Part shown: piece by piece, positions 13,443-26,638 of the stretch
How the letters are laid out: the number at the start of each line of letters is the position of its first letter
Numbering within the stretch: position 1 is the first letter of the stretch
Assembly (NCBI RefSeq): GCF_964213995.1
Contig: NC_135803.1
Location: forward strand, 126,852,001-126,916,000
Direction: 5' to 3'
DNA: 64,000 bases
DNA from: Mustelus asterias
Lineage: Eukaryota
Made by a program: the position numbers and the translations under genes
Notes under the pieces: model-generated
What the model was told of the DNA's origin: nothing
The model's input: only the letters and a program-made list of their open reading frames with translations
The model's database searches: none

Positions 13443-15130
13443 CTTGGGAAAGAAAACAATGAATGCTTTAGATTTTCGTCTATTTGCTCTGATCATTACC
13501 TGTAATAAATCATCTATAAATATTTCATTAATGTTCATGAAAACATTGGCGTTATCATCTTGTCCACAGTACAATATATATTTTAAAGTCAGTCATAATG
13601 CAAAAGTATCAAATTCCAAACCTTTCTTCAGAAATACAATATTTTCCAGAATTACATTCCATGAAAATTAATTCCATTCAATCTCATTGCAGACAAAAAA
13701 ATGACATGGTAAGCCTAAAAAAACAAACATTCAGGTTCAAACCGAGTGTACTTTATTAAAATTGATTTCTGGAGATCAACGTACGCTCTTTGATATCAGA
13801 TGATGGAGAGATTACCTGCAAAAACTAGTTTCAAAGCCGAGCATAAATGCTTATGTATTCACCCAAGAATTGGTCAATACCATTCAAAAGGTTCATACTA
13901 GAAGTCATTTGTACATGTCATAGAAAGGGTTGCCATCTGCTGAACCAGGGAACATTTGCAATCCTGTTCAAAATTCTCTTAAGATATTTATAGCAACTGA
14001 AATGAAAGTTAATTATGAAATTGTAATAAAAAAGAGAACCTCCTATTAATCTTATATAAATTCTTAAATTATACCCCTCATTATTCAGCTTTGGCAGGAA
14101 TTCAAAAACCTTCTTAATATTAATATCGATGGTTCTCTTGCATTGTTCACAAGCTGAAAGTTAAGTTGCACATCTCATGTGGCTAGCAGAATGAAAGTTA
14201 GTTTGAAACTTAGGGTGAAAATGGATGATGCAGAGATTTGCAGCCTATGGGTAATGGGGCCAGATATTATGGGCAAAGTTGTCACAAGAAAGAAAACTTG
14301 GTTAAATAATATTAAATTTGAGAGTGGAGCATAGGTGATCTTAGAAGCAGAGTGCAACCAGAAATGGTAATGAGTGTGGACTAGTCAATTCTAAGACTTG
14401 TAGAAGTCCAAGTATCTGTACATGGTGTGTTTGTAAATAAGTTGCAAATCTTTTCAGGTCATCACTATTCTATTTTATACCAAAGAGCATACAATAATCC
14501 ATTCACCTCAATGTACACTTCACAAAACACTATTATCTTCATGTTGGCTTGCTTTACCCTACAATGCAATTAGAGAGCATTGATTTTGAGGGAATCCAAT
14601 TTGGAAAGAATATTCAAGTTGGGCAGCAAGTTTTAGTATTGATAAATAACCAAAGCAGAAAATCATTTGAGAAGAAAAGTTAGAGATTTTATCTAAAAAC
14701 TGACATACAATTCACAATTAACATTAAATTGGTGCACGGAGTATGATGAGCACAAAAAAACAAGGTTAAAAAATGATAAATGGGGATGTTTACCATCATC
14801 AGGGCTCATCTGCCTAAATGATGAGATAAAAGTTTTCTTTTTGCAGCTGTTAAGGTCCTATGTGAAACAAATTGGGGAAGTTTCAACCCACAGCTATAAT
14901 CAAAAAACTTAACAACTCATTCCTAGTCAGAGACGCTACAAGTGAAAAAAATGTCATTGCAGCTGGGGAAATGAATATTGTCAGGAAAGAACAGATGCTG
15001 ACACCAAATCTGTAAATCTATCTGGACATACTAGAAGCAGGTATATTCCAAACCTTAACTATGACATATCTCTCAATAATCAGAACTATTCACAAAACAA
15101 ATGCACAGACCACACTGTAGATTTACTCAC

Positions 15131-15208
15131 CAATTTCCTTCAGTGGTTCTACCACCTCCCAGTTAGGTTCAGAACGGAAGAACATAGATACCTGCTGTAA
15201 GGCGATTT
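15131..15208 (-). CDS. PXK: PXK coding exon 5
   Basis: (E)IALQQVSMFFRSEPNWEVVEPLKEI(G); 78 nt, ag/gt. Confidence 0.97.
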
Positions 15209-16220
15209 CTGTTTAGTAAGTTAAAGAGAGGGAATTATAGACTGTAAGCTTTTGCATATACATGTTCAATTCGGAACATTGAAAAATAAGAAATCAACAT
15301 CAAACAGATAAATTAGCAACAAAGAATAACTTTTAAAAATGTCTTCCAGTAATTACTCTGCCAGACCTGACAGGAATATGGGACATACAGTAATGAACAA
15401 CTTTGATGTAATGGTTACTATTTGTGGAGACTTGGCCACATTTTTGTAAACCTCTTGCTTGGATCATTGATTCAGCTGCAAGAACCTGAAATACTTTCCT
15501 CTATTCTGTTTATGCCATTCAACTGTAAACAGTGGTTGCCCAACAATGAATGGATAATTTTGATTGGATTGATGAAAATAATTTATGGAATCTCAGTACT
15601 GCTCTAGATAGAATATGTTTTAATAATTTCAAATTTGATCATTAGTGTGTACTGAACTAGCCAATCTCAGCTAGGATAGCAGTGATGGGGCTACAATTGG
15701 ACTCAGGTCCCCAATCTAGTTACTAGCCAAAGTTCTTGAACTTCTGATTGCTATTGAGAAATCTGTTGGTGGCAGATGTGAGCAGATGATATGACAGCAT
15801 TGCCCAAGGCTCAGTGGTAAGACATAAAAGCTCTCAAGTTCAAACACAAAAAATTGTCACTTGTACGAATATTGGTGACTGTTGCCATTTGCAAAAACCA
15901 AAGCCCAGAATAAATTATTGTCTTAACTATAGAAGCCCAAGAGGAGAAAACTTCAAATTGAAATAAGGAAAAAGAACTAAAAAAGTTGAAGCTTTAACTA
16001 TTTTCAGCTGAATTTTAAACAAGATGAACATTTATAAAGGCAATGTGCGTGGGTTAATTAGTTGCTATTATTTTTTAAATGGCATTTACATTTTGAGAGC
16101 TTTGCTACAACAAGAAACTAGAGTACATATTATTTTGTAGAAGATGCAATTTACAATAACCGAGTTCACCATTGAACCAAACATCTGCAAAGCACAAAAG
16201 TCTGTTTCTGTGGTACTGAC

Positions 16221-16407
16221 CAGTGTAGTTAGATGAGTAGTTGATGGGATCAAGAAATTTTTTAACCAGTTCACAGTTGGATAGCATATGCTGTGTTGTG
16301 ATGAAATTCAGATAATTCTGAAGTCCTCGTTGTCTTTCTGCTATGAACTCACGATCCATATTTCCAATGAGTTTTTTGGGAGGTAGAGGTAGGATCAGAC
16401 CTGAGAT
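16221..16407 (-). CDS. PXK: PXK coding exon 4 (PX domain)
   Basis: ISGLILPLPPKKLIGNMDREFIAERQRGLQNYLNFITTQHMLSNCELVKKFLDPINYSSNYT; 187 nt, ag/gt. Confidence 0.97.
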
Positions 16408-17320
16408 CTGTAATAAACTCAAATTTAGTGTAACTGTAAGCATATTGATTACTTAACATGTTCACTTTGTTCTATGTTTATGATTTGTAAAACAAATTTA
16501 AATCTAATTTCACTTTGTTGCATGTTTTTCAACAGCTCATCGCATAATAGTCTTTAAAAGCTCACATTAATAAGATTTTGATAATATTATATTTCATGGA
16601 GTTTTGCATAGGGTGGACTAATGTTTATGAACTTTTAGGTTAGCCACTTATAAAATAGGTCAGTTTGAATTTCTGCTAGACAACCAACAATCAAGTTAAT
16701 TGGGAAACAAGAAGGCAGATTCTTGTGAGAAACTATACTTAATGAATTTAAGACCTCAATGGTGCCACTAAGTCTGAATTCAAAGGGTTTTCTGCTTCGA
16801 ACGCATAGTTAACAACATTTGAGTTCAATAGCTTGACCTTCGGATGACACCTTGGGGGGGGAATTTTCCCACGGGAATTGTAGCGGGTGGGGGAATCCCT
16901 CAAGGTGGGATTTTCTGGTTTTGGGGCGAGTGCAGCAGAAAATCCCACCCTTTATGTTTAAACAAACCATGTATTACCTTAATTGATCTGTACCAGAAGG
17001 AAATCTTTATTTTTTGATATTATGAAAGGAAGTGTTTTTAACTTAGTGGCTTCAGTATCTGTTGGAGCTTGGGTTAAAATATGTCGACAAGAGAATGTGA
17101 CTTTATTTATGACTGTTGTGCCTCAGTTTATGACCCATAAAGCAGGGTTTGCAAAGGTAGGATGACAGAACAACTTAGCACCCAATTGCCAATAAAAGAG
17201 GTGAAATTGGACTATTTCCAAAAATAGGATCCCAGAATAAGAAGTTGTGGGGATAAAAGTTGGAGAACTACTTTTCGTGTTGGCAGTTTGTACCATGGCT
17301 TCAATGGCATATTTATTCTG

Positions 17321-17740
17321 AGTAAGAAGTCTCACAACACCAGGTTAAAGTCCAACAGGTTTATTTGGTAGCAAATACCATAAGCTTTCGGAGCGTGCTG
17401 CTCCTTCGTCAGATGGAGTGGTCTCTGTGCCATTACTGTTGTGTCAGATCAGCCTTTTGATGTTCAAGCCTTATTTGAAATGTTTAGTTTTCAAATAAAT
17501 AAGCTACTAGCTGGCTATAATGGATTTAGAAGCTATTTTTAAGAGCTCAAGTGTTCAAGCCTTATTTGAAATGTTTAGTTTTCAAATAAATAAGCTACTA
17601 GCTGGCTATAATGGATTTAGAAGCTATTTTTAAGAGCTCACAATTTTTCTGATGTTTCACATACATGTTGGACTTTAACCTGGTGTTGTGAGACTTCTTA
17701 CTGTGCTTACCCCAGTCCAACGCCGGCATCTCCACATCAT
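17321..17740. mobile_element. Penelope-like fold-back insertion containing captured host intron sequence
   Basis: PLE termini in inverted orientation at both ends; TSD (CAT)ATTTATTCTGAG at 17308-17322 and 17738-17752; interior 17427-17667 is the reverse complement of 18232-18381 with an internal duplication. Confidence 0.88.
17378..17416 (-). ncRNA. Minimal type I hammerhead ribozyme motif (Penelope-associated)
   Basis: Minus strand reads CCAU-CUGACGA-A-GGAGC-AGCAC-GCUCC-GAAAGCUU-AUGG: stem I CCAU/AUGG, intact CUGANGA and GAAA core, stem II GGAGC/GCUCC, palindromic AAGCUU stem III. Confidence 0.8.
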
Positions 17741-18728
17741 ATTTATTCTGAGACATAGATCATCATTACCTCGGAGACAGAAGAAAACAGACCTTTGCTG
17801 CGCTGCCAGTATTCAAGCAATCCTAGCACCTTGAAGGCAAGATATTTACAGGCTGCCTCACTACTTCTTGTCAAGTATATTTACCTTTTAATAAGTTCTG
17901 CTTAATTACAAATACTAGCCATCTGTACTTTGTTAGGTCAAGCACAATTGAGGACCCAAGTGCTAGAAATTACAATTCAGATCGTAGAATTTTAATTAGA
18001 AGGATTTTATACCTTGGAACCCTCAAATTGTCATATCATTTACATTTTAATTACAACCTTGTCATTTCTAACCACTGTCGCTGCTGTAATTGATTAACAT
18101 TCTCAACTTTATATTTTCGTAAGGGTTTTATATTAAGGTTTACCCTCCTTATGACTTTCAAAATAAATTACGTATATTTGGTCAATGAAATGAACCAATC
18201 CTGAAAAGAGAGCAACGTTAGAAAACTGCAGCATGTATGTGAAACATCAGAAAAATTGTGAGCTCTTAAAAATAGCTTCTAAATCCATTATAGCCAGCTA
18301 GTAGCTTATTTATTTGAAAACTAAACATTTCAAATAAGGCTTGAACATCAAAAGGCTGATCTGACACAACAGTAATGGCACCCTCTAATCTTGTACAGAA
18401 ATTAGTGTTCAAAATATTCATAAGCAATTAAATCCTTAAGACAAAATAAGACTTCAAATATTAGCTTTTACAATAATATTCATTCTGCAGTTTCAAGATA
18501 TGAAATTAATGCGAGCTTTATAACAATTTGGATCTCCATCCAATAAACTGTAGTAACACCTTTTGGATGTCACATTCTAAATTTTACAATCATTTCCAAA
18601 TTCTCACTAGTATTAAGATTTGTTTGCAAATATATTTTCTTAATAGGTCATCATTTTTTCAAACTCCACTAAACTGGTTTGCTCCTGCAGTACATTAAAA
18701 ATAAAGACAAAAGCAATTGACGAGATAC

Positions 18729-18776
18729 CTGTAAACTAGCATTCAGGACATCAAAGTCACTGTATCTTCTGATAAT
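18729..18776 (-). CDS. PXK: PXK coding exon 3 (PX domain RRYSDF motif)
   Basis: IIRRYSDFDVLNASLQ; 48 nt, ag/gt. Confidence 0.96.
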
Positions 18777-19984
18777 CTGCAAATAATCACAAAATATAAA
18801 ATATTCTCTTCACTATAAGTCAGTATGTTTTAGTTTCTAAAGTTTTACAACAATATTGTAGAGATATTTCATACTTAATTTAAAAACTGTTAGGTTCAAT
18901 AAATGATTGCTCATTTGATTTTTTTTTTAAAAAGGAAAAGCTATATTTAACCCTAATGACAAACAATGATGATATTCCTGGGAGTGAAAATATCACCAAA
19001 ATGTAATATCTGCAGAGGAAATGGGTGAAGTAGTGGACTGACAGGGCAAAACTTATCTCTGACCAGTAAACATGCCAGCACAAAACTGCCCTCAATTTGG
19101 CACCATTTGGTATTCAGATACTACAGTATGTCTAGTGTGGGAAATGGAAAATGCCATACTGGCACAATAGGTGTACATGAGACAGAGGCACATTGTTACA
19201 GTAGAGCAGGAGCAATGTTTGATCCTGAAACTGATTGCCTTAAATGGGAAGTTTTGCATTCCCAGCTTTAACATCCCTCACCTTGATCATGATTTTTCTT
19301 TAAAAAAAATCAATCATCCATGGTTAATTGACAGTATTAGTTTTATTATGCAAAATATTCTGGGCATATTTAAAAGGACATCCACATGTGTCAAAACAGT
19401 TACATGTCTCTGACTTTCTGAACAAGACTGGTGCGCAAACTTTGCACAGTGGGAACTCTAGTCCTCTGAATTTCTGAGGGTATTTCCATCGTATACTATC
19501 AGAAATGTACTTTCTTACTTTGAAAATGTCACAGTATAGTAAAGGGTTTCCTTAGTTGAACTTCCCTCTTTTTATTCAAAAAATATTGTGAAGAAATGTT
19601 ATGCAGTACAGATGGTATTTCAAATTCTACATCATGCAGTATGTTTGAAATTCCCAAAACTTTCCTGCACGTCAAAATGGTGTCAGCGTGTAAAATTTCT
19701 TAAGAGTTCAGAGTTACAGTGAGGCAAGGAGTATAAAGGATTTCTGAAAAGGGCACTACTTAGGTTGCCACTTTCCAGTTGTAATATGTAAAGCTGACGG
19801 TTTAGTGTATGAAAACCAGCAGAGTTCTACAAAAGTCTCTAGAAATTCTTTTTGTGGATGTATCTGCAGCAGGGGGTTGTTTGTTCATAGAAAGAAACTG
19901 AATAACTTCAATTAAAACACAAACCGATTTATTATTAACTGTGGACCAAATAAGCCTAATTTCTTATGCGTATTTTATATTTGG

Positions 19985-20385
19985 GGGGGGGAATGGTGGC
20001 ATAGTGGTAATGTCACTGTGGTAATGTCACAGAGGCTCAGACTAATCCTTTGGGGACAGTGGTTCAAAGCGCACACTGGTAGCTGGTGGAATTTAAATAC
20101 ATTTTTTTAAAAAATCTGGAATTGAAAAATCTCAATGGTAATCATAGAACTATCACTCATTGTCATTAAAAACCCATCTAGTTCACTAATGAGCTTTAGG
20201 GAAAGAAATCTGCCATACTTCCCTGGTCTGGCCCACATACAATTCCAGACCTACAGCAATGTGGTTGACTCTTAACTGCTCTCCGAAATGGCCTAGCAAT
20301 CCACTCAGTTCAAGGACAATTAAGGAGTGCAACAAATGTTGGCCTTGTCAATGATGCCTACATTCCATGAACAAACATAAAAACT
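19985..20385 (+). mobile_element. tRNA-derived SINE whose tail matches the LINE family at 2310-3303
   Basis: tRNA-like head, core AAACCCATCTAGTTCACTAATG...GGAAAGAAATCTGCC; related copies ~20540-20805, ~33665-33900, ~35350-35725. Confidence 0.75.
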
Positions 20386-21035
20386 AATAGCAAAGGCAAT
20401 CTAATTAATTGGACCTGGAATGAAACATTATTCTCACATGCAGAAATATCATTTGTTTATTTCAAACTCTGTGCATCTGCAAAAGCCTATTTGAACAAAA
20501 CATAGCATTTGGTGACCACGTAACTACTGGAGTGTCATAAAAACCCATTTGGTTCATAAATGTCATTGAGGGAAGGAAATCTGTCATTCTTACCCTGTTT
20601 GGCTTACATGTGGCTCCAGATCCACATATCTCTCTTAATTCTCAAATCCCTTCTGAAATTGCTCAGCAAGCCACTCAGTTGTACCATACAGCATAATCAC
20701 CACATAAACTGCAGCAACTCAAGATGGCAGCTCACAAACATCTCAGGGCCGATCAGGAATGTACAATAAATACTGGCTTGCCAACAACACTTCGTGAACG
20801 GAAAAAAGTCCAATCTCTTTTACCCATTTCCCTTCTTTAAGCGATTGTTAAGAGCAGCAGGCAGAAAGGCATGGATTAAAATGGCGAAAGTGTTATTAGA
20901 CCAAGCTATGTTATTCTTTAATTAATTAATTTAATTTCACAAAATGATAACAGATGATTTGTAGCCTTTTAAGTCCTGCACAGAGTTAACTGGTAAAACA
21001 TAATAGGTTAAAAAAATTACACTGAAATGGTATAC

Positions 21036-21086
21036 CTGCCAACTGTTTTCTGCTGGAACTCCACGGTGTACACGAATAATATATTC
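21036..21086 (-). CDS. PXK: PXK coding exon 2
   Basis: EYIIRVHRGVPAENSWQ; 51 nt, ag/gt. Confidence 0.96.
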
Positions 21087-21409
21087 CTATAGAAGTAAAT
21101 GAGACATGTAAATAAGAGCAAAGTCAGAACAGAATACCTCATAATTTTAACCAATACAGCACAATGGCCTGAAACAATATCAGTTGAGAATTATAGACTT
21201 TTTAAAAATCAGCCTAATAATTAAAGGTACTCTCTGATGTAGTAATTAAGCAATAATAACAAGAGGTTACAAATAGGTTACAAGTTTAAATTCCAGTCTT
21301 TTGAGTTAATTTGTTGGCAGTTGGGACATTACAATTGGCCTTTAGACCTAGGAAAAAGGAGAGAATAAAAATAAGCCAGAGTTTTAGCTCCTCATCACTA
21401 TCAAAAGAA

Positions 21410-21830
21410 AAGAATTCCTGCATTTATAGTGCACCTTTCACAAGCTCAGGGCATCCCAAAGTGTTTAACAGCCAATTAAGTACTTGGTAAAGCAATCACT
21501 GTTGTAACACAGGAAACGGGGAAGCCAAAATTGGGCACAGCAAGTTCCTACAAACAGCAACATGATGGTGCTCAGATAATTTGTGTTTGTGGTGTTTACT
21601 GAGATAAATGTTGGTCAGGACACTGGTGATAACTCCCTTGCTCTTCTTCAAGATAGTACCATGCAATCTTCTCCAGCTACCAGAGAGGGCAGACCATCTT
21701 ATCCAGAAGATAGCACCTCAGATAGCACACCATTCCCTCTGTACTATAGTGGAGAGTCAGCCTAAATTTTTATGCTCAAGTCTTTGGAGTGTTTCTTGAA
21801 CCCACAATCTTTTGACTCAAGCCATAGCTG
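21410..21830 (-). mobile_element. Deu-domain SINE (SacSINE1/AmnSINE1-like)
   Basis: Minus strand has GAAGAAGAGCAAGGGAGTTATCACCAGTGTCCTG...TTGCTGTTTGTAGGAACTTGCTGTGCCC resembling the Deu domain; other copies 45620-46005(+), ~50490-50600(+). Confidence 0.7.
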
Positions 21831-24039
21831 AAACAAAGTTGATGACATTAAAACACAAACACGGTTAGGCTAGGCTGTGTTATCCTTCATGATTAAATGA
21901 CCTACCAACAATCAGTATCCAATTTCACTTGGGAGTATGGTCACTTAGGTTAAATACCAGAGCATCCATGGGACCATACCTCTGCAAACATCTGCCTCTT
22001 TAACAAAGGAGGGAAGAATGAGGTCTGAATTTTGCCTGCAAGACACTGGCCTAGTTTTTTGCTGAAGGAATTAGAAACAAGGCTAGCTGCATCACCAACA
22101 TCAGGAAGCAAATCAGCTTCTAACATCTGCACCTACCCAGTCAAACAAAGAAATTAAGAAGCTGCTGCACAGTTTGCCCTGCTCAAGCTGCATCACACCA
22201 GTATCTTATCAATAGATTCAGGGTTAAAATCCATGAAGGATGCAAGGTTGTGGTACTTACCCACTCAGCATGCCAGAAAAAGTTAAGGCTAATACATTCA
22301 GGGAAAGTTCATTTTTATCAGCATGATGTGTCTTAATTACTGCCTTCTTTCTAGCCCTGAAAATATCATTTTACAAATGTGGTCTTATTCCTTCAGAATT
22401 ATTACTGGACATTTAAAAATGGGTTTTTACTTTTTAGTTGTCTCTTTTCTGTTTCGCTCAATCCTGGTTTTCTTTACCTGTCTGTCTGTTTTCTCTCTAA
22501 ATTAAATGTTCTAATCTATACCTCCTCGTTTAGAGGCTTCTTCAATCTGACTGGGTGAACAAAGACACTGCTACTGCATGTCTTGTTGAAATAGATTCTG
22601 GATTTCCTGTAACAATCATAAGTTGCCACTCAAAAATCCACAAAGATCTGTGTGAAGCTGTAAATATAATAAAAGGCAAGCACCAGTCTTTCACTGCTCA
22701 CTGTAAAATCAGGGCCATTCCATTTTGAAAAGATTGAATAATGCATTATTTGTCAGCATTGAGCATCCTTAATATAGGGGCACCAACAGCAGATTTAAAG
22801 TATAGTTGTGCCTTAACACTGATTTAACAAGAAGCTTTATAAATCATCCTTTCCGTTGCATCACTATAATTTTTCCATATCAGCTATTATAGCTTCATCA
22901 TATAAAGAAATCCGTATTGTGGGCATGCATCTATTAAGAAGCAGGTGGAGATTATCCTTGCCAGTAGTAGAAATGTGAGACTCTTATTCCATCACTCTGG
23001 CCTGCATCAGGTCCCAAAGCAAATGTAACTGTTTTCTTAACTTACTAAAGAACTCACTCTCCCAACTGCACGGTGGACAATTAAGCATAGAACAATGTTG
23101 CGTTGTAAGCCAACAAGGTCAGAGTTAACAAATTAAGATCATTTTGTAAAAGACTGAGACAAAATGGAGGACTACAATGCATTCACAGAAAACCAAGTGA
23201 GTAAATTGAACTTAAATGGATCAATACTCCTTAAGAAAATATAGTCAAAAAGGAGTGTTCTATTACAATGCTTCAATAATCAATTTATCTCGAATAAAAG
23301 AATAATATTGCATAAGTCTAAAAAGACTGCCACTGCTTGAAGGATGATAAAGTAAATAACAAAAAGGTTGAATAATACAGTGGAGGCACTGATGTTAATA
23401 TGAACATATCCAATAGGAAAGTTAGGTTATTTTGCGCGTGAGGGAGATACTTGAAAAGATAGAGGGAACTTTTAGACTAACCCTGTCAATCAGCTGGCCT
23501 CAGATATCTTTCCACACCCTACCTTTATAACTCCCAAAATAATAATTAAGCCCACAATGAAGCATGTGGCTAGCAAAAATAGCTGTGGTTACAAAACACA
23601 CTGAAAATTGTAACATTTTAAAATTAGACTCCTACTGTCTCCTACATTTCCGTTCCACACACCGTATGAAAGCAAACTGAATGAATATGCCACAATCACA
23701 ACAACAGTACTCTTTTCACAGGACACTCCATCAGAGCAAATTCGTCCCTCCTCCCCACATAGTAGGTAAGAATATTCAACTTTAGTGTGGTTCATCTGTA
23801 TACCACGATTTTCTTTTGTCTCTTTGCCAATATCTCTTGTCCTCGCCTGATGTTCACAAGGGAGTTAAGAGTGCGATGAAGCAGAAAAAAAACAGAAGTC
23901 AGGTTGATAACACAAATGTTGAATATAGAAAGTTCAGAAGGGAAGTGAGAAAGAAAATCAGAGCCAAAAAGAGGTAACAAAGATTATGTTCTTGATATAT
24001 ATTTTTTTTTTCTCAGTCATTTTTATATATATATATGAC

Positions 24040-24925
24040 CAAGAAAATATATATAAGACTTGGGTAAGCAGCATACAATCTTAAAATTTGCAGATAACAT
24101 AAAATTGGAAATATTATGAACTGTGAGGAGGATAGTGATAGACTTCAAGAGGATTGGTGGAAAATACAGACATGTGGCAGACGAAAAATTAATCGGAGAA
24201 ATGTTATGTGATCCATTCCAGTAGGAATAATGAAGATAGGAAATACACGATAAAGGGTACAATTCTAAAGTGGATGCAAGAAGAGAGAGATCTGGGGGCA
24301 TAAGTGCAAAACTCATTGAAAGTGTCAGGGCAGGTTCAGGATGTGGTTGAAAAAGCATAAAGGATCCGGTACAGGATACAAACACAAGGAATTAATTTTG
24401 AACCTTTATATGGCTTTGGTCTGGATTCAACTGGAGTACTGGATCCAATTCTGGGCTCTGTGCTTTAAGGGGGAAGTGAAGGCAGTAGAGAAGGTGCAGA
24501 AATGGTTTACGAGAATGGTTCCAGGGACATAAAAACGTAAAAAATAGGGAGGAGGAGGCCATTCGCCCCTTTGAGCCTGCTCTGCCATTCATTATGACCA
24601 TGGCTGATCATCCAACTCAATAATCTGATCCCACCTTCCTCCCATTATGCTTTATTCCCCTTCGCCTCAAGTGCCTATATTTAACTGCTACTGTTTTGGC
24701 CTCAACTACTTTATGTGGTAGTGAATTCCACAGGCTGATCACTCTCTGAGTGAAGAAATTTCTCCTCATCTCTGTCCTAAACAGCCTACCCTGTATCCTC
24801 AGACTGTAACCCCCTGATTCTAGACAACCCCACCATTGGGAATATCCTTCTTGCATCTACCCTGACTAGCCCTGTTAGAATTTTATAGGTTTCTATGAGA
24901 AACCCTTCATTCTTCTGAACTCCAG
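24040..24925. mobile_element. Two decayed CR1 fragments tail-to-tail (+ 24040-24530; - 24535-24925)
   Basis: LYMALV..QLEY.IQFW on + and FRTEMRRNFFTQRVISLWNSLP on -. Confidence 0.85.
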
Positions 24926-26638
24926 AGGAAACAATATTTACAATGTACAAGATTTAAACTACAATCACTTTCATTTACCTTTAACATTATTTGTGCAATT
25001 TCTGACCATTCAAATATTTTGGTTTAGTTGCAGTTTTGCTAACTTTGCCTTGATAACTGGCTAAAAGCCTTTGCTAAGTTTGATAAGTGAGATTCACTGA
25101 AGATAAAACAGGGCATGTGATGTTCTCTCTCACTCAGATCATTTTACACGATAACCCCCAAAGAGCTCATCCTGGAAACATTTCAAAAGAAGGCCTTTTT
25201 ACTCTTATATGTAGCATTTTCTCCCAATATTCTTTTTGATTTTAGCATAAACACAAGCAATCGAATGAGAGTAAACAATGTAAGAGAAAAGAAAAAGAAA
25301 AACTCTCACTGAATATAGAAACTGGGTAAACAGGAAACAAAATTCAACTGGCAGTTTGACAGATGATGATGCCCAGCAACAAAATCACATGGAACAACTC
25401 CCCTGATGACTCGGAGGTAAGATTATTCTACAATGAACAAATACTTTAAGCACCTTTAACATAACAAAGCATCCCAATGTGCATCACAGGGTGCACATTC
25501 AACAAAATATGACATCAAGCCACATAAGGAAACAATAGGACAGGGTTTGGTTGAGAGGTAGGTTTTAGGAAAGTTGTCTTCAACGAGGAGAAGTAGGTAG
25601 AAAGGCAGAGCGGTTAAGGGAGCGAATTCAGAATTTATGACCTAACACAAAATTTGGACACAAGCAAAGACGACAAAGGAACACATGAAGTGAAAAATAC
25701 ACCACTGGGAGACAGAACACGATTAAAAAGAGTGCAAGGCACTATAAGAACACAAGTTTTCACTTGGAACTCGGGAGCGAAATACTCCTTAGCTTGCTTC
25801 AGATTTTGAACACTACTTTCAAACAGGAACTTCTAAACCTTGCCCCGAGTTCCTGGGGAATTCCTGTGGCAGTGGCATGGTGCACATAAAAGAACTGAAT
25901 TGATTTTTATTAAAAATTTCAAACTTCATTTCCACCAAGGATATTTTTGTAATGATGCCAATACATCAATTTGTTTTCAGAGACCAGTATTTCAGAAAAC
26001 TCCCAGCTGGTTCAAAATTGCAACCTGGCAGGTGGGGTAAAGGAACATAAGGGATTACTAAATAAACTTAAAAACTGTGTACCCAATCAGTTTCACTTCA
26101 GAGAACAACGGGTATATTTCATAGTCAGAAACCTCTAGTTCTGCCGCATACCCAAAGATAGATAGGAAACTGAAAATGACTGTGTCTGTTGAAGAACAGG
26201 ACGCAATGGCCTCTTCCTATGTTGTAACCATGCTGGAATTCTTCCTCCTCTCCATGCTATAAAAAACTTCTTAAAAGGAGGAAGTTCATTTTTAAACTTT
26301 TACTGGCAGAATAATCTCGAAACCAAAATAATGTATACGACGAATACTTTGATTAATTTACAGAAAGGTTAAAAACATTCGGTGGCAATGTAGCATGTTC
26401 TGCAGCAGCATAATTGAAAGTAGTCAGGAAGTTTCTCAATGGATGTGGCCATGAGTGTCTTGAAGCCGAGAATGATTCACAACTTTTTGAATTCCAGTGA
26501 TCCAGCCAACAAATATGGTAATAGAAAAATTTAAAGTCTGGCCCAAAAATAATTCAGTTTGCTGTAATTCTTTGCCCTTACCATTCAAGTACAATTTCTG
26601 TAAAATTATGTCTTAAAAGCCTTACAACAGCAACATAC

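Larger units (their letters stand above)
16570..18020 (+). repeat. Long non-coding interspersed repeat (LTR-like), copy 1
   Basis: Colinear, diverged similarity to 34819-36158 (e.g. GAAACTATACTTAATGAATTTA, CCTCAATGGTGC, GGATAAAAGTTGGAGAA). Confidence 0.75.
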
